DNA of 63,997 nt, counting the filler, from an uncultured bacterium (GTDB taxonomy: Bacteria > CAYJOG01), in assembly GCA_964371695.1 (NCBI GenBank). It is 10 parts of 10 records of this genome, joined end to end, with 100 filler letters (N's around TTAATTAATTAA, not from the genome) between each part and the next. Parts side by side here need not be neighbours in the genome. Positions count along the whole stretch, not along the records: positions 52,984 to 59,406 come from CAYJOG010000178.1; positions 59,507 to 63,997 come from CAYJOG010000286.1; 8 more parts are not named here. One strand, written 5' to 3'. Shown one piece after another: positions 56,475 through 63,997 of this stretch. The notes beneath the pieces are model-generated. The model did not search any database. It saw nothing but the letters and a program-made list of their open reading frames with translations, and was not told the origin of the DNA. Within the stretch, counting starts at the first letter, position 1; the number at the start of each line of letters is the position of its first letter. A program made the position numbers and the translations under genes.

Positions 56475-58745
56475 TCAGATGGTGCTGAAGGTGTAGCTGA
56501 CCGCGTTGCCGTTAAGGGTGATATTGCTGCCCAGGCTGGCGGCGTTGGTCAGGCTCAGGTTGTTGCCTGATTCATCCTTGAGGGCGGTTGTGCCGGTGCC
56601 GAAGGTCAGCGTCAACTGATAGCTGGTGCTGGCGGTGAGGCGGCGGGCGTCGGTGAGGGTGAAGGTGAGCGTTTTGCGGTCGGTGCTCCAGCTCACGGTG
56701 CCCAGGCTGGGAGCGGCGGTGCCGCCCACAACAGTGGTCTGGGTGCCGGTGGAGGGGTTCAGCAGGGTCACGGTGACATCAGGCGTGGTGTTGCTCACCA
56801 GCATCGGCTCGCTGAAGGTGACCGAGGCGGTGGTGATGGCGGCGTTCTGCGAAGCGCCCGCCGTGGGGCTGAGGCTCACGATGGTGGGGGCGGTGCTGTC
56901 GGCCGTGGTGGTGAAGGTGTAGGTCACGGACTGGCCGCTCACGGTGATGCCGCTGCCCAGGGCGTTGGCGCCGGTCAGGCTCAGGGCGTTGCCCGTGGTG
57001 TCTTTCAGGGCGTTCGTGCCGGTGCCAAAGGTGAGGCGCAACTGATAGCTGGTGCCCGCAGTGAGGTTGCGGGTGGCGTCGGTGAGGGTGAAGGTGAGCG
57101 TTTTGCTGTCGGTGCTCCAGGCCACGCTGCCGATGGTGGTGGCGGCGACGCCGTTCAGCACGGTCACCTGGGTGCCGGTGGAGGGGTTCAGCAGGGTCAC
57201 GGTCACGTCAGGCGTGGTGGTGGTGTTCATGGCTTCGGAGAAAGTGACCGAGGCCGTGGTGATCTGGGCGTTGTGGCTGCCGCCCGCCGCAGGGCTGAGT
57301 GTGGCGATGGTGGGGGCGGTGGTGTCGGCGGTGGAGAAGGTGTAGGTCACGGTCTGACCGCTCAGGGTGATGCCGCTGCCCAGGCTGGCCGCGTTGGTGA
57401 GGCTGAGCGCGTTGCCCGCGGCGTCTTTCAGGCCGTTTGCGCCGGTGCCGAAGGTGAGCGCCAGTTGATAGGTGGCGCTGTCGTTCAGGCGGCGGGTGTC
57501 GGTGAGTGTAAAGGTGAGCGTTTTGCTGTCGGTGCTCCAGCTGAAGCTGCCGATGGAGCTGGCGGCGGTGCCGCTGAGCACGGTGGTGGTGCCGGTGGTG
57601 GTGTTGGTGAGGGCCACGGTCACGTCGGGCGTGGTGCTGGTGGTCATGGCTTCAGAGAAGGTGACCGACGCGGTGGTGATGGTGGCGTTGTGGCTGCCGC
57701 CCGCCGTGGGATTGAGGCTCACGATGGTGGGCGCGGTGGTGTCAGAGGTGATGGACAGGGCCAGACCGGTGGTGATGGGCTTGGCGCCAGCCTGATAGAG
57801 CACCACGCTGCCGCTGGCGCCGGTGACGGCGGTGGTGGGCACGGTGAAGGTGAGCGACGTGCCGCCGGTGGCGGTGGTGGCGGCCACGCCGGTGAAGCTG
57901 GTGTCGGTGCACAGGTCGGATTTGGCGCTGCCGGTGCCGGCGGTGTCAAACCCGGCGATGGGGCTGCCGTCGCTGCCAAGGACGGCCACGGTGTAGTTGC
58001 CGCTGAAGCCGGTGCCCGCGATGGTCACGGTCTGGCCAATGACGCCGGGGTTGGGGGTGATGCCAGAGACAGTGCCCGCCGCCGCCGAGCAGGTGCCCAC
58101 GCTGATGCCGGCCTCTTGCTGGGCGGTGAGAGCGATGGCGTTGCTGGCCAGACTGTTGATGCCGTTGATGAGGGCGACGTTTTGAACTGAAAAAGTGGCC
58201 CAAGTGAGGTCGTTGCCCCAGCGAATGGCTGGGTTAAGGATGGGGTCAACAAGAGGGTTGACGCGGGAAAGGACCAAGCCGACGGTGTCAACAACTGGAG
58301 AAACAATGACAGGACCCAAGCCCATGCTTGGCACGTGCGAAGCCTGGCGGGTGTGGAGGGAGCTGTATTTCATGCGGGAGAGCAGCAGGGCTTTCAGGGA
58401 GCCGCCGCCAAATGTAAGAGGAATGATCTTGGCCGCGCCCGTGCCAGCCGAGCGGGCAAAAGACAACTGCCAGTCGTGTTTGGCGCTCAGGTTATAGGCA
58501 AACTTGCCGTTTTTATAAGGAATGCGGATCACCGAGCCGTCGGTGAGCGAGCGGGCCACCAGTTTGAACTGGCTGGCGGCGCTGGCGCCACGGACATTGG
58601 CATCGTTCTCCGGCAGTTGCGCCTCAAAGGCGACTTCCTCTTCGGCGATGGGTGTGCGGCTGCTGCCTCCGCAGCCTGCCAGAGCGGTCAAGCCAATGGC
58701 GCTGGCTGCCGCAAAGGCTCTGAGCAGATTGGTACGAATCTTCAT
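56475..58745 (-). CDS. Thr/Ser-rich surface lipoprotein with an IPT/TIG-like domain and three tandem Big_5-type Ig-like domains
   Basis: Lipobox LAGC; three repeats of about 140 aa starting D(T/S)TAPTI; GAGG RBS. Confidence 0.85.
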   Translation of the reverse strand: MKIRTNLLRAFAAASAIGLTALAGCGGSSRTPIAEEEVAFEAQLPENDANVRGASAASQFKLVARSLTDGSVIRIPYKNGKFAYNLSAKHDWQLSFARSAGTGAAKIIPLTFGGGSLKALLLSRMKYSSLHTRQASHVPSMGLGPVIVSPVVDTVGLVLSRVNPLVDPILNPAIRWGNDLTWATFSVQNVALINGINSLASNAIALTAQQEAGISVGTCSAAAGTVSGITPNPGVIGQTVTIAGTGFSGNYTVAVLGSDGSPIAGFDTAGTGSAKSDLCTDTSFTGVAATTATGGTSLTFTVPTTAVTGASGSVVLYQAGAKPITTGLALSITSDTTAPTIVSLNPTAGGSHNATITTASVTFSEAMTTSTTPDVTVALTNTTTGTTTVLSGTAASSIGSFSWSTDSKTLTFTLTDTRRLNDSATYQLALTFGTGANGLKDAAGNALSLTNAASLGSGITLSGQTVTYTFSTADTTAPTIATLSPAAGGSHNAQITTASVTFSEAMNTTTTPDVTVTLLNPSTGTQVTVLNGVAATTIGSVAWSTDSKTLTFTLTDATRNLTAGTSYQLRLTFGTGTNALKDTTGNALSLTGANALGSGITVSGQSVTYTFTTTADSTAPTIVSLSPTAGASQNAAITTASVTFSEPMLVSNTTPDVTVTLLNPSTGTQTTVVGGTAAPSLGTVSWSTDRKTLTFTLTDARRLTASTSYQLTLTFGTGTTALKDESGNNLSLTNAASLGSNITLNGNAVSYTFSTI

Positions 58746-59079
58746 TCCTCACCTCATTGATTGGTTTTTTTTCCGATAAAACTGGGTAGGGAGAGGTTGA
58801 GGTATTTTTGTTCTGGTGTCAAGGGGGCGGCAAATTGACGCGAAAGCCGGTTTCTTCTCAATCCCGTTGTGTGGTGACCACGTTTCATGCCCTGTGCTTT
58901 GGGCCGTTGTTGACGCCGGAGGTGTACGAAAACAACGCAAGCGTCCCGCCTGGCTGAACATGTGACGCTGGGTGCAAGCAGGCCCGTTGCATTGCGAAAT
59001 GCTTATATTGGTTCGTCTGCTTTAATTTTAAGAGGTAGCAAATAGCCCCGGAAGAATCTGAAAACGCCAGAAAGCACGG

Positions 59080-59398
59080 CGTCATTCCCGCGAAGGCGGG
59101 AATCCAGTTGAAGTAAAAACACCGCGCCTTTTTCCGTTTTCTTTCTCTATAGTTTTTTTAGTGGGGCGGGCGACCCCGCCCGCCTGAACAAAAGGTCAAA
59201 AGATCTTTTTCTTTGATTGGCGGGCGGGACGCCCGCCCCACTGCTGTTAGGTTTATTGGTAGCCCCGGCGTCTCGCCGGGAGCAAAAAAACGCCGAAGGC
59301 GTCGCCAAGCAGGATTTTTTCAGGGAGATGTAGAGGAGGGATATGAATGGTGCGCGCCTGCGGCACGTCTGAAACCCCCGGCGGGACGCCGGGGCTAC
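59080..59398. repeat. REP cluster at contig end
   Basis: CGTC REP 59080-59107; GTGGGGCGGGCG doublet 59161-59241; GTAGCCCCGGCG doublet 59259-59398. Confidence 0.85.
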
Positions 59399-59506
59399 CT
59401 CAAAAANNNNNNNNNNNNNNNNNNNNNNNNNNNNNNNNNNNNNNNNNNNNTTAATTAATTAANNNNNNNNNNNNNNNNNNNNNNNNNNNNNNNNNNNNNN
59501 NNNNNN

Positions 59507-60201
59507 ATGGAAAGGTGGCTGGGCACGTCGCCGGATTGCACGCACATCAGCCCCAGGCCCGCCACCAGACCCCCCAGCAGCATGGCCCCCGCGTCTCCCA
59601 GAAAGATTTTGGCGTTGTAGAAGTTCTGGAACAGGAACCCCACCAGCGCGCCCGCCGTGAGCAGGCCAAACAGGGCCATGGGCAGGTTGTTGAGCGCCAG
59701 GAGAAAACCCGTGAGCACCACCACGGCCACCAGGGTGATGGAGCCGCAGAGGCCGTCGATGTTGTCCAACAGGTTCATGGCGTTGACGATGCCCACCACC
59801 CACGCAATGCCCACACAGGCGTTCAGCAACTCCCACTCAAACAGCGCCACGCGCAGGCCGCCAAAATAAAACGCCAGGGCCACAAACACCTGGCCCCCCA
59901 GTTTGGCCAGGGGCGAAAGGGTGATCTTGTCATCCACCAGTCCCATGAAAAACAGGGCGCTGAGGCCCAGGAAGAAATGGACATATTTGGGGCCGAACAG
60001 GCCCTTCACCGAAAGACCCAGCAGAAACAGCGTGAGAAAAATTGCCGCGCCGCCCAGCAGGGGTGTGGTTTTTTCGTGAAAACGCTGCGCGCCGGGGTGG
60101 TCCAGATATCCCACCATGGGAGCCAGCATGCGCATGGCCCACGTGCAGAGAGTTGCCAGCAGAACGCTGGCCAGAGGCATCCAGATGGTAGACATGTGCA
60201 T
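59507..60201 (-). CDS. MraY/WecA (TagO)-family undecaprenyl-phosphate GlcNAc-1-phosphate transferase, 3'-truncated
   Basis: DHP..RFH...TPLLGG, GLVDD, NAMNLLDNIDGL, KIFLGDAG. Confidence 0.92.
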
Positions 60202-60517
60202 AAGCAGGTTAACAGCCCGGCGGGGTTTTGTTAAGTGATGCTGCCGGGGAGGGCATATTAAGAAGATTTGTTCAGGTCTTGTCAAGTGCGGCCGTCACAT
60301 TAAAAAACAGGTTGTAGGGCTGCTGGTGTTTTTGTTTTTGGTAGCACAGGCATCTTGCCTGTGTTTATGTTTGAAACAGGCTGGAAGCCTGTTCTACCGG
60401 TTTTCTTTGGCAGCGCCAGTGGCCCAGGCATTTCGCCTGTGGTCCTGCCTGCGTGGGAAAAAGCAAAAACCGCAGTTCCTTCTCTCGTTTTTCGAACAGG
60501 GGAGGGAAATGAGAACC

Positions 60518-61171
60518 CTATTTCTTGCCCTTGCCACCCTTGGCGCCAGCAGTTTTGGCTTTTTCGGCGGCGGCGGCCAGTTCTGCCTCAGTGGGGGGCG
60601 GGGGAGCCGCCGGGGCCTGCACCACCAGCACGGTTTCTTCGCCGTGGGTGATGAGGCGCACGGCTTCGCCAAAGGGCAAATCCCGCACGTGGGCCACGGC
60701 CCCGTCGCGCACATATTTGGAGACATCCAGATCAATCTCCAGGGGGCAGTCCAGGGGCAGACACTCGACTTCCACCTCGCCCACCGGCGTTTGCAGCACC
60801 ATGTCCAGTTTGGTGGCGGCCTCGGTGTTCACCAGTTTCACCGGCACCTGAAAACGGCTTTTTTCTTCGAGAGAAAGGGTCTGAAAATCCAGATGGGTGG
60901 GTTTGCGGGTAACGGGGTCGCGCTCCATGGCCTTGAGGATGCAGGTGCGCTCGCCGCCTCCCAGGTGCATTTTGAGGATCGCCAGGTGCCGGGCCTCGTT
61001 CTTCAGCATCTGGGTGAAGTCCTTTTCGTCCACCATGAGGGGGAGCGGTTTTTCGAGGTGGCGTCCGTAGAGGACGGCGGGGATGTGGCCCAGACGCCGG
61101 GCGCTCTTGAGCGCGCCCTTGCTGGAAAGGTGTCGTTCCGAAACGTGAAGTTCTACAACTTGTCGTGCCAT
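60518..61171 (-). CDS. rplY: 50S ribosomal protein L25/Ctc
   Basis: RRLGHIPAVLYG, RDPVT..PTHLDF, VEVECLP; follows prs. Confidence 0.92.
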   Translation of the reverse strand: MARQVVELHVSERHLSSKGALKSARRLGHIPAVLYGRHLEKPLPLMVDEKDFTQMLKNEARHLAILKMHLGGGERTCILKAMERDPVTRKPTHLDFQTLSLEEKSRFQVPVKLVNTEAATKLDMVLQTPVGEVEVECLPLDCPLEIDLDVSKYVRDGAVAHVRDLPFGEAVRLITHGEETVLVVQAPAAPPPPTEAELAAAAEKAKTAGAKGGKGKK

Positions 61172-61226
61172 GTTGGCCTCCCTGGGGTTGGCGAATACGC
61201 CCTTGTCTTTTCAGTCAAATACCTTG

Positions 61227-62180
61227 TCAATCAAAAAGCTCGCTGATGGAGCGTTGTTCAAAACCGCGCACGATGGCTTCGGCGAACAGGTCGCTCACGG
61301 TCAGGACCCGGATTTTATCCAGGGATTTCTCTGGGGGAAGGGGCAGCGTGTCGGTCACCACCAGTTCCTTGATGGCCGGGTTTTTGAGCCGTTCCACCGC
61401 CGGGCCGCTGAGCAGGGGGTGGGTGCAGCAGGCATAAACCTCTTTGGCGCCGTGGTTAATCAGCTCTTCGGCGGCCATCACGATGGTGCCCGCCGTGTCA
61501 ATCATGTCGTCGATCATGATGCAGGTTTTGCCCTGCACGTTGCCCACCAGTTCCACCATTTCCACCACGTTGGGGCGGGGGCGGCGCTTGGCGATGATCG
61601 CCAGAGAGCTGTCCAGACGGTTGGAAAGCTGCCGGGCGCGCACCACGCCGCCCACGTCGGGGCTGACCACCACCACGTCCTCGCCGCTCAGGCCCCGGTC
61701 GCGAAAATCCCGCGCCAGCAGGGGAATGGCGGTGAGGTGATCCACCGGAATGTCGAAAAACCCCTGAATGCTGGGGGCGTGTACGTCCATGGTGAGCACG
61801 CGGCTGGCCCCGGCCTTTTCCATCAGGTTGGCCACCAGTTTGGCGGTGATGGGTTCGCGGGGGCCGACTTTTTTGTCTTGCCGGGCATAACCCATATAAG
61901 GAATCACGCAGTTGATGGAATTGGCGCTGGCGCGGCGCAGGGCGTCGATGATGATGAGGATTTCCATCTGGTGGTCGTTCACCGGCGGGCCGGTGGACTG
62001 GATGATCCACACGTCATGCCCCCGCATGGAGTTGGAGATGAGCACCTGGGATTCGCCGTCGCTGAAACGCTTGACCTGACAGGCCGAGAGCGACAGGTTC
62101 AGCCGCTGGGCAATGCGCTCAGCAAGGGCGGGGTTGCCGTTGCCCGCTACCAATTGCAGCCGTTCGTGGTTCTCGCTCAA
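61227..62180 (-). CDS. prs: ribose-phosphate pyrophosphokinase
   Basis: FSDGE, PYMGYARQD, VVSPDVGGV.RA, DDMIDTAGT; TTG start at 62180 with GGGAGG SD. Confidence 0.97.
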   Translation of the reverse strand: MSENHERLQLVAGNGNPALAERIAQRLNLSLSACQVKRFSDGESQVLISNSMRGHDVWIIQSTGPPVNDHQMEILIIIDALRRASANSINCVIPYMGYARQDKKVGPREPITAKLVANLMEKAGASRVLTMDVHAPSIQGFFDIPVDHLTAIPLLARDFRDRGLSGEDVVVVSPDVGGVVRARQLSNRLDSSLAIIAKRRPRPNVVEMVELVGNVQGKTCIMIDDMIDTAGTIVMAAEELINHGAKEVYACCTHPLLSGPAVERLKNPAIKELVVTDTLPLPPEKSLDKIRVLTVSDLFAEAIVRGFEQRSISELFD

Positions 62181-62185
62181 AACCG

Positions 62186-62353
62186 CCTCCCAAAGGGAGG
62201 GCATCTTAAGAAACAGCCGGGGGGCAGTCAATGGGGGCGGTGTCGAACCCCCTGCGCCAGACATGCCGGGGAGTGCCCTGCGCTGTTTGCCAAACCAGAC
62301 AGTTTTGTGGCCCAATATCTTTTTGGGCACGGACACGCCTGTCTGCGAATGGC
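62186..62353 (-). promoter_or_regulatory. structured 5' leader of prs-rplY (candidate cis-regulatory RNA)
   Basis: Two long stem-loops plus a CCUCCC-UUU-GGGAGG hairpin occluding the SD. Confidence 0.45.
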
Positions 62354-62487
62354 GCACACGAAGTTATTTCTTGTTTTCCTTTACAACAATTCAGTTTGCT
62401 GTGATTCGCCATGGGTCAACCGTTTTTATTTGTCTCCTGGCTGATTGCCCAGGGGTAACGATCCAACCCGTTACCTCGCTTCCCTGC

Positions 62488-62587
62488 CGTCATTCCAGCG
62501 AAAGCGTGAATCCAGATTTTTTTAAAAAAGGGTCAAAAGCCCTTTGCTTTTTGTTTTGACTGGATTCCCGCTTTCGCGGGAATGACG
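62488..62587. repeat. CGTC-type REP doublet
   Basis: CGTCATTCCAGCGAAAGCGTGAATCCAG and inverse CTGGATTCCCGCTTTCGCGGGAATGACG. Confidence 0.85.
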
Positions 62588-62727
62588 CCGGACTTTCAAG
62601 GGGGTTTTCAGGCAATTCACCCCACGTGTCACCCGGCAGGACAGTTGTGCCAAGAGATTTTTTTTACATCTTGCAATTAATTCTTTACCCGTTAACATGT
62701 CTGAAAATCTTTCCGGGAGGAAAATGA

Positions 62728-63108
62728 ATGTCCACAATTAAAGAGAAGCTGCATAAGCTGATTGAAGAAGAACAGGCCGTGCTGGAAAAAGCCGCCGCCA
62801 CCATTGATTCCAAAATCAGTGATCTGACGGCGCAACTGAAAAAGCTGGAAAAAGACCGCAAGGTGCTTTTTCATGATCTGGAAGACACCCGCGACAAACT
62901 GCTGGGAAAAGGCAAACGCGGCCCCAAAGGCAAACGCACCCGCAAGGTCGGCCCGAAATCAGATTTCACCGGCAAATGGAAACCCCATCACGACAAAAAG
63001 CGTGACAAATGGGTGATTCACCACGAAACCACCAGCGGCGAATGGAAAGGCCGCCCCGGCCCCCTCACCCAGGAGCAGCAGGAGGCCATCTCCAAAAGAG
63101 CAAAGTAA
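62728..63108 (+). CDS. small basic coiled-coil protein (putative nucleoid-associated protein)
   Basis: GGAGG RBS, N-terminal heptad repeats, Lys/Arg-rich linker, own terminator. Confidence 0.6.
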   Translation: MSTIKEKLHKLIEEEQAVLEKAAATIDSKISDLTAQLKKLEKDRKVLFHDLEDTRDKLLGKGKRGPKGKRTRKVGPKSDFTGKWKPHHDKKRDKWVIHHETTSGEWKGRPGPLTQEQQEAISKRAK

Positions 63109-63126
63109 TATCCCCCCGTCAATCCA

Positions 63127-63159
63127 CAAAAAGCCATCGGAAATTCCGGTGGCTTTTTT
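63127..63159 (+). terminator. intrinsic (bidirectional-type) terminator
   Basis: AAAAAGCCATCGGA-loop-TCCGGTGGCTTTTTT. Confidence 0.75.
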
Positions 63160-63175
63160 GTTTTCCGATGCAGCA

Positions 63176-63346
63176 GAGCCTGTTTATAAAGTAGTCAAAA
63201 AACCAGCAAACAGGCTCTGGCGGTCATGGATGACCGCATTCGAAAGCCGAAACGTTGAAAATGTTGAGGTTTTCGCCATCAGGTCCGGGCTTTGCCCGGA
63301 CCTGATGGGGTTTATAAAGTCCAGGAGGGACTTTATAAACAAATTC
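63176..63346. mobile_element. MITE-like element homologous to 2249-2431 (opposite orientation)
   Basis: GAGCCTGTTTATAAA TIR, same internal hairpin order, GTTTATAAAGTCCAGGAGGGACTTTATAAAC. Confidence 0.75.
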
Positions 63347-63362
63347 TCAGAAAGCGCCGGGA

Positions 63363-63997
63363 TTATTCCGCCAGGGGCCATTCGGCGGCAAATACGCGGC
63401 ACGGCGCGCCGCACACGCCTTTCACCGCCATGGGGGCCATCACCAGCAACACGCGGTGGCTGGTGATATTTCGCAGGCCTGTCACCGGAGCCAGAATGTT
63501 GCCGCCAGTTTTGAAATAGGCGTCCAGGGCGCGGCCTCCCTTCACCGGGCTGTCATAACAGGGCAAATCCGCCCCCAGCAGTTTCACGCCTTTGCGAATC
63601 AGCCAGTCCATGGCGGCTGCATCGAAATAAGGACTGTGGCTGACGAAACTTTCTTCGGTCCAGCGGTTTTCCCATCCGGTGCTGATGAGCACGGCGGTTT
63701 CCACCGGCAAACCCTGGGCGGCCACCACCAGGTCCTGCAATTCAATGGCGGTGAATGGCTCCAGGGTGGGCAGGTGCAGCACCGTGGCGGGGCGGATGAG
63801 TTCGTCCATGTCCAGTTCATCCAGCAGGCGGCCCTGGCGCTGGCGGTGCAGGGGTGTTTCCAGATAGGTGCCCGCCAAGTGCGGCAGGGTAAAGGTGAAG
63901 TTGCTCTCGTGGCGCGGCCCGGCCAGGGTGGTGGTTTCTTCTATGACCACAGGCGCGATGGGGGAGCCATAGGCCCACATGCCGTTCTGGATGGGGC
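63363..63997 (-). CDS. cyclase / kynurenine formamidase-like family protein (5' end beyond window)
   Basis: HLAGTYLETPLH, AVLISTGW, P.F..AA..WL...GVKLLGAD, P..VKG..GAPCRVFA. Confidence 0.8.
   Translation of the reverse strand, partial: PIQNGMWAYGSPIAPVVIEETTTLAGPRHESNFTFTLPHLAGTYLETPLHRQRQGRLLDELDMDELIRPATVLHLPTLEPFTAIELQDLVVAAQGLPVETAVLISTGWENRWTEESFVSHSPYFDAAAMDWLIRKGVKLLGADLPCYDSPVKGGRALDAYFKTGGNILAPVTGLRNITSHRVLLVMAPMAVKGVCGAPCRVFAAEWPLAE

Noticed and set aside
6542-59506. Periodic TTAATTAATTAA motif about every 6.5 kb
   Set aside because: Artificial six-frame-stop contig linker within N runs; not biological. Cross-linker gene adjacencies and ORFs ending in X/N were also disregarded.
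62210-62290. tRNA-Gln (often upstream of prs), suggested by GGTTCGA on the minus strand
   Set aside because: No cloverleaf with D-arm, anticodon arm and acceptor stem could be built; kept only as a structured leader.
45337-62587. CRISPR array from the recurring 28-bp palindromes
   Set aside because: Copies are dispersed or inverted doublets, not direct repeats with unique regular spacers; no cas genes are present.

Overview
The window is not one locus. It is ten short (about 6.4-6.6 kb) GC-rich contigs of a draft, probably metagenome-assembled, diderm bacterial genome, joined by artificial N-TTAATTAATTAA-N linkers, so gene adjacency is only meaningful within a contig. Much of the content is housekeeping: moeA-moaD-moaE-mobA plus a MOT1-type transporter, prfC, tyrS, apt, bioF, tig, exbB-exbD-tonB, pilMN-O-P and a secretin, an XPB helicase, PBPs, prs-rplY. 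Five things stand out. (1) A non-cellulolytic cohesin/dockerin gene cluster (19970-26517) encodes two dockerin proteins with a shared recognition signature, next to a secreted protein with a cohesin-like domain and a FlgD-Ig-like C-terminus. (2) A small GIY-YIG nuclease gene is embedded in a cluster of CGTC-type REP palindromes that are also dispersed on other contigs, making it a candidate mobiliser of this REP class. (3) A superfamily of about 150-260 bp MITE-like elements keeps one multi-hairpin architecture while swapping terminal inverted repeats. (4) The tig-linked ClpP homolog has lost its catalytic Ser and Asp (ClpR-like). (5) A structured leader that sequesters the Shine-Dalgarno sequence lies upstream of prs-rplY. 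All product calls come from motif recognition by eye; no database searches were run.
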